From: Octopus sinensis | Taxonomy: Eukaryota | Direction of reading: 5' to 3' | DNA length: 64,000 bases | Assembly (NCBI RefSeq): GCF_006345805.1 | Contig: NC_042998.1 | Location: forward strand, 4,836,001-4,900,000 | In this document: positions 53,641 through 64,000 of the stretch, one piece after another | Layout of the letters: each line of letters starts with the position of its first letter | How positions within the stretch are numbered: position 1 is the stretch's first letter | Notes under the pieces: generated by a model | The model's database searches: none | What the model was told of the DNA's origin: nothing | What the model saw: only the letters and a program-made list of their open reading frames with translations | Program-made: the position numbers and the translations under genes

Positions 53641-54017
53641 GAACTCAGCCAGGGCAAACGCAAAGTCGGAGGGCAGAAGAAGCGCTTCAAGGACAGTCTC
53701 AAAGTCTCTCTCAAAGACTTCTCCATCGGGACAGAGACTTGGGAGACACTTGCTGCCGACCGCTCATCCTGGCGCAGCGCAATCACCACAGGAGCAAAGA
53801 CAGCCGAGGAGAGACGGATTCAGTCAGCAGAACAGAAACGCCAGATGCGGAAAGCCAGAGCCACTTGCACCAATAGCACAGCCCCTACCCACTTCTGCCC
53901 CACCTGTGGGAGGGGCTTTCTTGCCCGGATTGGCCTCACCAGCCACCTCCGGTCTCATAGCAGCAATTCCACCAAATGATGTCAATGGTCATCTTCGAAC
54001 TCGAAGGACGAACATTA
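53641..54017 (+). mobile_element. Young 5'-truncated RTE-clade LINE 3' end with C-terminal zinc finger and 13-bp TSD
   Basis: Open frame 53641-53979: ELSQGKRKVGGQKKRFKDSLK...WETLAADRSSWR...CPTCGRGFLARIGLTSHLRSH. TSD TTACGTCAAAGAT at 53628-53640 and 54018-54030. Confidence 0.92.
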
Positions 54018-54099
54018 TTACGTCAAAGATATTTCTGAATGGAATTCGTCAGAACAGAATCTCTGTAGTAGAAAGAACTAGCACTGAAATAATCCTGAA

Positions 54100-54400
54100 T
54101 CTAAATGCCTGCTGTCGATGTTAACAGAGACGAGTGATAATGTTTTTCCTTGATTTGCGCAGTGATTGTATCTAATATATTTAGTGTAAGAGGAAAGAAT
54201 ATTGGAATGAATTCAATGGAATATGTTTTCGAGATGTCAGCCCTTGCATTCATTGCAGCTTTTATGTGAAAACTCTAGGTTGAATGAGGATCGCATTTGA
54301 ATGAAGAAGATGAAGAATGCTAGTGCGGAACCTATGGTGGTATCGTCTGCGTAACTGCGAGCATCGTTGGAAGTGATAGCTCAGGTTTAACTACGTAGAA
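54100..54400 (-). mobile_element. Old CR1/L2-type RT remnant, probably the target of the RTE insertion
   Basis: Minus strand RSYADDTTIG (YADD motif) near 54330-54360; the rest is heavily decayed. Confidence 0.5.
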
Positions 54401-54733
54401 AGCAGAAACCATCTGTAAATTCATCCAGTTCGTTTTAATCAAATGCTATCAATTCTAGGCACAATATATTCTAAATGCTTTTGAACATCGAAAAAATATT
54501 CGATACAGAAACAATACAAATGGTGTCTTGAACGTCAGATATTGCTCATTTCATTCATGACTACATTCTGTGTTAAGAAACAGGAAAAGGATTCTTCTGA
54601 TCTCTCTCTGATAATTTTAGCTTGAGCTATAATCTCATAATTAGCCAGGTCATATATGCTCGGTACATTATGTTCACTCATGAATACACTAAACTAGCAT
54701 AAGGCTGCAGATTGATGAAATTCTAGGCAGGTT

Positions 54734-54788
<55 letters not shown>

Positions 54789-54907
54789 CTAGAACATGGA
54801 TAAGGTCAGTCAAACATTAACTAGAATAATCAGAGGAATCACGTGAGGAATCACAATACCGACATATCTGAAAATCGTAGGCATGGGAAATCACGCTAGC
54901 TTTAAAC

Positions 54908-55250
54908 GCAGAACATGCTAACGCCGGGCAAAATGCTTAGCGGTATTTCGTCTGCCGCTACGTCCTGAGTTCAAATTCCGCCGAGGTCGATTTTGCCTTT
55001 CATCCTTTCGGGGTCAATTAAATAAGTACCAGTTACGCACTGGGATCAATATAATCGACTTAATCCGTTTGTCTGTCCTTGTTATTCCTCTCTGTGTTCG
55101 ACCCCTTGTGGGTAGCAAAGAAATAGGTATTTCGTATGCCGTTATGTTCTGAGTTCAAATTCCGCCGAGGTCGACTTTGCCTTTCATCCTTTCAGGGTCA
55201 ATAAATTAAATACCATTAACGCACTGGGGTCGATGTAACCCCTTTAAAGA
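54908..55250 (+). mobile_element. SINE family B dimer
   Basis: Core unit followed by AAAGAAATAGGTATTTCGTATGCC and a second partial core. Confidence 0.85.
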
Positions 55251-55753
55251 AATAAGACATTCGAACTGATGATAAATATTGCTAAAAAATTAGCAAGTAA
55301 GCACTAGATATGAGAACTATCACAGAGTAGCGAAATATTCAACAGTATGACGGAAACTGAACCTGATTAAGCTGCAAATAACGTCAAAAAACAGTTGAAA
55401 ACAATGGACATGATCCCTGAGAAATACCGCTCAGTATTCTTTAACAGGCGAGATGTTCCTAACGGAGAACATCGAACTTTTAAAAAGGTATACCAGCATA
55501 TTAAAACTAAATAAAAAACAATATTTAAATATTTCAGTTAAATGCATTTAGCTATTTTTGTTTTACAATAGAAATAAAGCTATTTAGAAATAAGTGTGAG
55601 TTTTTCGAAGTCTATAAAAAAACAAAATGCGCTTGTTTTAGGAAGCATTTAAAATGTTATGAAGTATTAAAACATGTTAAATTAGTTAAACAACAACAAC
55701 AACAACAATAAAAACAACGACAACAATAACGGTAATGATAAGAATGACAACAA

Positions 55754-55808
<55 letters not shown>

Positions 55809-56694
55809 TGTTGTAGTAGTAGTGGTAGTAAATTCTGTATAATTATAAGATATACACATTTGTTTACAAAAAATATAAACAACCTAAAATTCGTTTGAAA
55901 ACATTTGTTTGGCATTACATGCTTTATAGTTCTAGATAGCATATAAATTAATAAGAATGCTCATTATTTTTAAAATACATTTAAAGCTATGTTTAAGGTA
56001 TTAAAATTATTTTTTGAATGCCATTAAATATTTTTACATATCATAATATACAATTTTTTTTTGTTTGAAATAACACAATATACGCATGCTATAAAAATTA
56101 ATACGATTGAAAATTTGCTTGTGACGTGCCACCTGCTCCTACACTCATACACACAAATACGTACGCATTCCAAATTTGCATATATGAATATACATACTTA
56201 CGTACGTATGATATTATGTATGTATAACGATGACGATCAGTCAATCATATACACTTGGGCCTGCATATAATTACACAAAAACTTACTCAATACGGTGAAG
56301 TACAGATGAATGCGATGCATTGAAAGCTGAGTGTGATCGTTGGCTCCTCACTCGCATGGAATAGAACTCACACATGCACACACATACACATAAATACATA
56401 AACACACACACATAAAAAACACACACACACATATGCACGCACATAAGTAAACATATATTCGAGAGGAAATTATTTGCAATTAATAAATTGTTTTTCAGTG
56501 TTGGACGGGAAAATTTATTGCACATGTGTTTGTCTAGTTTGCACGATATAAATTCCATCATTATTTAATTTGTTATTCTAAGAATCGTGGTCTCTGTACT
56601 ATATAGATACACAAATAGATACATGTATATATATATATATTTGTATATTTACGTTCCATCATAAAGGGTTCGTCTGTAAGGTTATATATATATA

Positions 56695-56988
56695 CTAGCA
56701 GTATCGCCCAGCGTTGCTCGGGTTTGTAAGGGAAATAACTATATAAGAATTTTTAGAGAGTTATAGCGAAAAGATAGCAAAAAAATGCATTAAAAATGGG
56801 AAAAAAATTATGCTAAATTTTTTTTTAAATCGTTGACTCATTGTAGACGCGCGCTAATACCCAGAAGGGCTCGATATGAATCACGACTATAAGATACCCG
56901 GTTTTGATTAAACTGCACCGCAAAATGTGGGAGTAGTTAGGAATCTAAATCGTAGGAGACAGACACACAACCTTACTTTTATATATAT
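56695..56988 (-). mobile_element. Non-autonomous Helitron-like element
   Basis: Minus strand starts ATATATATAAAAGTAAGGTTGTGTGTCTGTC and ends with a GC-rich hairpin-like CCCGAGCAACGCTGGGC followed by GATACTGCTAG (CTAG terminus); inserted in (TA)n. Confidence 0.7.
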
Positions 56989-57803
56989 AATAGTCACTGC
57001 AGAGGTGAAACAGTTCTGTACTCTGAAGCTGGGCATTGTTTCTCTGATAACACACTCAGAAAATTAGAAAGAAGTCAGATTGATTCCAATATATTTTATT
57101 GAGAGAGAAATAAAGCCTTTGGTGTCAATGTTTTGTATGCCTTGTCGAGCAGAATAAAAACAAAACGTGTTTATTAAATGGTAAATGTGATAATTACATT
57201 ACATTTCAATTTTATCGAAAACTACCGTTACTTTGTACCATTAAAGTTAACCGATAGTGCATTTTATGAAGTGAGCGAATTACTTCTAAATTAGATTTGC
57301 TTAATTCCATATTAAGGGGTAACTCTAGTAATTTTGTTTACTGTGTTTATGAAAAGCAGGAGAGACAACGATGGAATTTCCTATAAAAACGGAAGTAACT
57401 CATAGGAGGAAAGAATGAGTTTGAATTTCGAGTTTGAAGTTCGTAGAAATTTTAAAGTGTAAAAACCATATTAGTGTGAGCGTATGTGTGCATTTGTGTA
57501 TGTATGTGAATGTGTACGCGTGCGTGTGTGTGCGTGTATGTGTGTGTATGTGTGTGTGTGTATGTGTGTGTGTGTGTGTGGTTTTGTGTGTGTGTCTATA
57601 CAGCGAAACACTTCATTTCACATTGTTCCAGTACCCCTTTTGATCGGTGGGGTGGTTATTGGCCTGTTCGCCTAGCAGACAGGGGAGTATCATTCGAAGG
57701 CTAAAACGATGCAAAACGCATTGTGACCAGAGACATGTAACAATCTCTGGTAGTTTAATCAGGGACGTAGTTACGTAGTCACGCTACATACGTACACACA
57801 CGT

Positions 57804-57834
<31 letters not shown>

Positions 57835-58409
57835 ACCCACACTCACACACAAAACACCCACACTCACACACACATATATGAACGTATGTATAAATATGAG
57901 AGCCACAATAACTATTATTCAATAGTACCCCCATCGTATATAATGCAATATATTAGTAGGTACGATTTGAACCGGGAATATCTAATAATGTTTAATAAAG
58001 TTCCAAATAAGGACAGTGTAACAGTTAATATAATAATGAATATGGGGTTTCGAACAGTAAGTCATTCTACTAGGATTCATTACTGCATGGATTTATACAC
58101 GCTCAAATAAATACCACACAGGAATATATGTATATATATATACGATGTACTCTCCCGTCGTTAGACGACGTATGCGGGTACGACAATTTTTACCGAATAA
58201 CCACACAGATGATTTGTTTATAGTGATCAAATGTTTGTGTACACATAAGCTTACTCCCTTCATTGAATCGACATTACCTGTACAGGTGCGCCCCGTCCAT
58301 GTGGGGAAGCTATACGCCAAGGAAACCGGGAAACCGGCCCTGTCAGCCAGGCATGGTTTGAGAAGGAACAAACAATATATACATATGTATATATATGCAT
58401 ATATACATT

Positions 58410-58492
<83 letters not shown>

Positions 58493-58497
<5 letters not shown>

Positions 58498-58813
58498 GAA
58501 AATAGTAAAAAGTGAAAAATCTACAGAAGGCTTGTTTTAAAGGGTTAAAAAATATATTTGAGTCATTATGTCAGAAGAATGTTATAAATTTTTTTCATGC
58601 AGTGACATAGTGTTTGAAGAAATTACCGGTTTCGTGTTAACTTTTCAAATTTCTCAAAACATCAAGTTAACTCGAAACCGATAATTTCTTTAAAAACTAT
58701 GTCACTATGAAAAAATTTTATAACATTCTTCTGACGTAATGACTCAAATATATTTTTTAACCTTTTAAAACAAGCCTTCTGTAGTTTTTTCACTTTTTAC
58801 TATTTTCTATATA
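58493..58813. repeat. About 320-bp fold-back (about 150-bp arms)
   Basis: TATAGAAAATAGTAAAAAGTGAAAAA...GTTAAC is mirrored by GTTAAC...TTTTTCACTTTTTACTATTTTCTATA with few mismatches. Confidence 0.92.
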
Positions 58814-58847
58814 TTCAACCAAGTGCTTTCACACACCAACTTTCTCA

Positions 58848-58884
<37 letters not shown>

Positions 58885-58887
58885 ACA

Positions 58888-59095
58888 GTGAAGGCGTGTG
58901 GTTTAGTGGTTAGGAAGTTGGACGCATGATCGTAAGATTGTGGTTCCGATTCCTAGACTGTTGATCCAGTCCACCCAGTTGGCACAAATAAGTAATCCTG
59001 CGATGGACCGGCATTCCATCCAGAAGGAGAATATATACGCCATTGAAACAGGAAACCGACCCTTATGATCCTGACATGGCTTGAGAAGGAAACAC
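58888..59095 (+). mobile_element. Old tRNA-derived SINE with a family C-like head
   Basis: GTGAAGGCGTGTGGTTTAGTGGTTAGG...GATCGTAAGATTGTGG head; tail ATACGCCATTGAAACAGGAAACCGACC...GGCTTGAGAAGGAA, also seen at about 58310-58350. Confidence 0.6.
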
Positions 59096-59106
59096 TTATT
59101 TATTTA

Positions 59107-59148
<42 letters not shown>

Positions 59149-59224
59149 TATATATGTAGGTCCCGGGTTGAGTCGGGGTTAACCACAGTAATAAGGTACT
59201 CAATACATAGCAGAGTAAATTAAT

Positions 59225-59326
59225 TTATTTTATAGAAGGAGCTTCTACAGGACTAGAACTGTTTCATTCAAAAAGCTTTTTGAATGAAACAGTTCTAGTC
59301 CTGTAGAAGCTCCTTCTATAAAATAA
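59225..59326. repeat. Perfect 102-bp palindrome with no spacer
   Basis: Centre CAAAAAG|CTTTTTG between 59275 and 59276; checked by eye out to 59225/59326. Confidence 0.95.
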
Positions 59327-59342
59327 TTATTATATATATATA

Positions 59343-59501
59343 GGCGCAGGAGTGGCTGTGTGGTAAGTAGCTTGCTAACCAACCACATGGTTCCGGGTTC
59401 AGTCCCACTGCGTGGCATCTTGGGCAAGTGTCTGCTATAGCCCCGGGCCGACCAATACCTTGTGAGTGGATTTGGTAGACGGAAACTGAAAGAACCCTGT
59501 C

Positions 59502-59568
<67 letters not shown>

Positions 59569-59775
59569 CTTGTGTGTCTGTGTTTGTCCCCCTAGCATTG
59601 CTTGACAACCGATGCTGGTATGTTTACGTCCCCGTCACTTAGCGGTTCGACAAAAGAGACCGATAGAATAAGTACTGGGCTTACAAAGAATAAGTCCCGG
59701 GGTCGATTTGCTCGACTAAAGGCGGTGCTCCAGTCAAATGACTGAAACAAATAAAAGAGTAAAAGAGTAAAAGAA
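59343..59775 (+). mobile_element. SINE family A
   Basis: Full head, CORE-like GGCATCTTGGGCAAGTG, internal (TA)(TG)n, tail (AAAAGAGT)n. Confidence 0.9.
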
Positions 59776-59827
59776 ATAGTAGTATATATGTTACAAAAAG
59801 AAAATATAAAATACACGTGGAAATGTA

Positions 59828-60150
59828 AGGGTAAAATATGAAAAATCAACGAAAATAAATGCACATTGTAAATAAAAAAAAGAATTTTTATGACAGGTAA
59901 CGACAAATATATACATTTAGATGGACTGAGGTAGTAATAGAAGTCATAAAAGTCATTATTATGAGATGATTATAAGATGATAATAAAGTAAGAGAACAAA
60001 ACGGACCATGGTTTACGCAAAGCTATTCATCGCTTTGAAAACACCGGCTAATACACGGTGTCAGGTCTAATAGTTCCGTCGTTACCTGTCATAAAAAGCC
60101 TTTTTTTATTTACAATGTGCATTTTCACTGATTTTTCATATTTTACCCCT
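59828..60150. repeat. Inverted repeat, about 75-bp arms with about 170-bp spacer (MITE-like)
   Basis: GGGTAAAATATGAAAAATCA...TGCACATTGTAAATAAAAAAA...TTATGACAGGTAACGAC is mirrored at about 60077-60150. Confidence 0.8.
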
Positions 60151-60165
60151 ATATATATATACAGG

Positions 60166-60241
<76 letters not shown>

Positions 60242-60319
60242 AAAGTTATTTTATTCCATACGGGTAAAAATATCGGAAAAAATAGAAGCTGAAAATGAAC
60301 AGAGAATAGTTTGAATAAT

Positions 60320-60650
60320 TTTATTATTCTATTTTAGGATTTAACCGGTTTCACAGTTTCCATTGATTTTCAAAGATTAGAAATAGGAAGACGTAGTTTA
60401 TGACGCAGCTGTTTTGCTTCTGTCTATTATTTGAAGCTTGCCCTATATTTATAGGGAGTTCATGGTTCAAATTAGTATATGGGCAATTAGGAGTGAATTT
60501 TAGGGCTTATAAATCTAATATTTTCCTATCCTTCCTTAATATCGGTTCCCGTATGCTATTCATAGCTGCACTCGGTCTGCTTAGGAGGTTGTTGTGTCCT
60601 AGCAGTTGTGCCGTTTCTTTTAGTTTTCGTATTTCCCAGTGGTAAATGTA
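60320..60650 (-). mobile_element. Penelope-like element 3' fragment (GIY-YIG C-terminus and pLTR)
   Basis: Minus strand YHWEIRKLKETAQLLGHNNLLSRPSAAMNSIREPILRKDRKILDL* (pattern W..RK.KE......N.L.R), followed by GTGAAACCGGTT. Confidence 0.65.
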
Positions 60651-61166
60651 AATAATGTATAACTACTTACTTGTTTTAGGCTATCTTTCTGCTTGTGTTG
60701 GCATATTGCCGACTGAGCTATTCGTGAGTGAAAACAACGTATGCTACAAACAGAATAAAAGGTCTTAGTTATGATGCCGTGAATACTCCTTATTTTCTGA
60801 CGCTATTTGTCAGAAGAAATGCTGCTGGAATTATGAAATTGAAGTTTCTACTTTTGTTTCACCCCGGAAATCGAAAAACCTGTTAAAGGCTACGCTAGGT
60901 TTAATCTAACTCCGATTTAGCATTCAAATAAGAAGGCTTTGAAAGCTGTGAGCGTTTACTAAAATTTGATTACGCAAAACGTCAAGTTTATGATTCAATA
61001 TAAATTCTGATATTTTCAAAAATAAATATACCCCAAGTATATCTGATGTGATAACTAATTCCAAGGTATATTTTCTTTGAAACAACTCATAAAACTAGTT
61101 GACAGGGAGGATATGTTTACAGTTAGAGAATATGGATGAAGTTAAAATCTCAAAGGTTTGGATGTA

Positions 61167-61760
61167 CAGGGTGATGAGACGAAATGTAGTCTTATACTAA
61201 TTCAAATAACATCTCGATATATTGGATTTAAATATGCTCAAATAAAGCCGAGAAAATGTAGATTAAGATGATTTATTTAATTTTCAGTATATCCACACTT
61301 GGCGGGAACTACTTGCTGGAGTCTGGGAACATCTTGGGAGCAAGTGGCACGATCAGTTTCTGCAGAGATCTCGTCGCAGCATTTTCGCAAATGATACTCA
61401 TGAGCTCTGAGACACGTATGAAAATTATCACAAGCTTTGCTCTCAAGGACAGACTATATGCCAATGTCCACCGGATTCAGGTCGTATGAAAACGAACGCC
61501 GGAACTGTTTAGACCAGAACGCCTTGAAATTCTCTCGACACCGTTCTTAGGCGTTTTTAGCCGTATGAGATATTGTGCCATCTTGGTGGAGAGTTGCACA
61601 TTTGTCCCCCATTGTTGCAATAACCCGAGGGACTACTTTAACATTTAACATGTCCAAATAAACATAGTTGATTTTTACACCATTTTCAATGAGGTTTGCA
61701 TGCCATTTGAGGTCACACCCGCCCACACCATTATTGATGCAAGTGTTTGCCGTCAAAAGG
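61167..61760 (-). mobile_element. Decayed DD37D (maT-type) Tc1/mariner element, 3' half with TIR
   Basis: HQDGTISHTAKNA*ERCRENFKAFWSKQFRRSFSYDLNPVD has 37 residues between the two Asp; TIR TA|CAGGGTG at 61165-61173. Confidence 0.88.
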
Positions 61761-62029
61761 ATAATTTTTGTTCAACAGAAATGTTCTTTATATTTACTGC
61801 ATATATACGACAATTTTGTGGATTGTGGCACGCTTGCATACTGAATAACTTTTCATCTATGTACAATATCGTTGGTTGCAAGCCATTGTTACCTTTTACA
61901 GAAGAAACTTAGTCTTTTTTCCTTTTTTTGGCTTCACACAAAAGATGTGCGTTTGATATCTTGTATGGGAATAGCGGAAGATCGTTTTTCAACAAACTAT
62001 GCATAACTCCATAACTGGTAACAGCTTTT

Positions 62030-62340
62030 TCTGATAGTGCTCATGGGAACTGCTCATATCCTCTCCTATGTAAAATATTTTTTATGTAATCTCAGGTTTT
62101 AAAACAAACATAATTTTCTTATGGTTTCTTAAACATTCTCTAGAACAACACTATGCAGAAGACCAAATATATAGCACCCTAGGCATAACACCAGCATGAA
62201 CATCCAACCTGTTGTCTCTTGAGGTCTGTGGGTGAGACTTGGAGCCAACTTGTACAAATGTAAAGCAAAAGTCAAACATAAAATAATAATAATAATAACA
62301 ATACTACTACTACTACTACTAATAATAATAATAATAATAA
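62030..62340 (+). mobile_element. R4/Dong-type LINE 3' end with (TAA)n tail
   Basis: IVLMGTAHIL (RLE C-terminal motif ..LGTA.IL), AT-rich 3' UTR, then (TAA/TAC)n. Confidence 0.55.
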
Positions 62341-62530
62341 TTTCTACAATAGGCACAAGGCCTGAAAAAGTTTTGGTGATCCTAGTGTTTCCCTGGTACT
62401 TATTTTATCGACCTCGAAGGATGAAAAGCAAAGTTGAACTCGGCGGAATTTGAACCCGGAATATAAAGACGTGCGAAATGTCGCTAAGCATTTTGCCCGG
62501 CGTGCTAACGATTCTGCTAGCTCGCCACCT
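62341..62530 (-). mobile_element. SINE family B within (ATT)n
   Basis: Reverse complement of GGTGGCGAGCTAGCAGAATCGTTAGCACG...GCTTTTCATCCTTCGAGGTCGATAAAATAAGTACCAG; (TAA)n on both sides. Confidence 0.85.
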
Positions 62531-62574
62531 TAATAATAATAATGATAATAACAATAATAATGACAATAATAATA

Positions 62575-62625
<51 letters not shown>

Positions 62626-63477
62626 TAATTATTATTATTATTATTATTATTATTAATATTATTATTATTATTATTATTATTTTAAAGACACACACGCACA
62701 TGCAAACATCGGGCACTAAATCTATTCTCGAAATTCAAATAATTACAACCCTTCCCTGCTATTGTCTCCCCATATCTCTAATATATTTTTTTCACTTATC
62801 CACCCTCATTACCATTACGTATTAAACGAAGATTTATTTTCCTTCCCCTTTTAATTTTTTAATCGTCAATTCCATTTCTCTATCCGTGTTTTTACTTGCT
62901 ACCTGAATTATTCTTCTCTCCTTATATTTCTACTTTCTCCACGCGTAACCGTACAGAAACATACAACTACATATTAACCTTCAGCCCTTCATTTTTTCTT
63001 GTACCTTTTGAGCATAAAACCACTAGCAGTGTTTCAACTTCCCACCCTACCTTGCTTTATTCATACATTCTTTTGTCCCCCACGACCAAAAATATTTCCC
63101 CACCCTTGTCCCTTCAATTTGTCTTCTCTTCAAATACCAATGCCACTATTGAATTATCGACCCGTCCAATTCCTCCTTTCTCTCACTCCTCTATATTTTA
63201 TTTTATTTTACCTATTTATTTTCTTTCTCTTCTTCCTTCCCTTCTATTACTTATTTCCCTCCTCAATTATATATCCCTCACATACTCTGCCTTCTATACA
63301 TTCTGATTGAATCTTTCCATCGTCATGTACCGTCTTGCGACAGCGTAGCTTTTAATCTAATCAAGAATAGCCGGCGGTGTACACCTCATTTGGATTTTAC
63401 CACTTCTGAGGTTTCACTCACTATGAAGCATATGTGGCTCGGATTTCCCATACTCCATTCCGTAACTCTCCTCCCCC

Positions 63478-63509
<32 letters not shown>

Positions 63510-63524
63510 GTGTGTGTGTGTATA

Positions 63525-63584
63525 TCCTTAAAATCCTTAAAAATGTTTTAGCCCGAAGGTCACGGCCATGCTGGGGCACCACCG

Positions 63585-63586
<2 letters not shown>
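63525..63586 (-). mobile_element. Isolated SINE/RTE-type 3' tail fragment
   Basis: GGTGGTGCCCCAGCATGGCCGTGACC resembles the family A tail GGTGCTCCAGCATGGCCGCAG; ends in short (TTTTAAGGA) repeats. Confidence 0.5.
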
Positions 63587-63620
<34 letters not shown>

Positions 63621-64000
63621 TTTGTTCGTAATGAGATAAAAAACTAAGGCTCAGTAGATTTTAGAGCATTTATAGAGAGAAGGTCTTACAGGTGTTTCCA
63701 GGATGTTTATTATATCCCTTCCTCGGAGACGGTGTGAGAGGATGGTTAAGTAATAGTTAATTTAGATAAGATACAAAATAGAGAGTGAGTTGGAGGAAAG
63801 AAAATAGATGTGAGATATGTAGGGATATTGCATTTGTAGATCCATTTTTCAGGCAAAATGGTATACATGTAATATTCCAATACTTTTTGAGTAAAATCTA
63901 ACAGTATTTATAATTGGTCCTTCCAAGTATCGGGTCTATACACAGTGTTTTTGAATCAAAGGTTTTTCTTTAAAGTGACCTAAAAATAGGGAGTGTATTA

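Noticed and set aside
53573-54124. 183-aa plus-strand ORF in the track
   Set aside because: Alternative frame overlapping the real RTE C-terminal frame (53641-53979).

Overview
AT-rich, repeat-dense eukaryotic genomic DNA, most likely from an octopus (inferred from the microsatellite load and three tRNA-derived SINE families resembling those known from Octopus). I found no intact host gene, and nearly all long ORFs in the track are translations of microsatellites. The window is a mosaic of microsatellites, SINEs, and LINE fragments from the CR1, RTE, Tx1 and R4/Dong groups. It also holds Penelope-like elements with GIY-YIG C-termini and hammerhead-like ends, decayed Tc1/mariner elements (DD37D maT-type and an irritans-type mariner), a non-autonomous Helitron, several fold-back palindromes, two microsatellite-bounded tandem duplications and a 100-N gap. 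The most notable observations are: (1) a Tx1-clade LINE family whose truncated copies sit inside (TATC)n arrays, suggesting microsatellite target specificity; (2) a frameshifted, intronless VPS37A (ESCRT-I) UEV-domain fragment, probably a retrocopy; (3) ribozyme-like structured motifs at Penelope ends and at an RTE 5' end; (4) a dispersed 28S rRNA fragment with compensatory stem changes that ends in the D7a (hidden-break) region. All identifications come from manual translation and motif recall; no database search was run.
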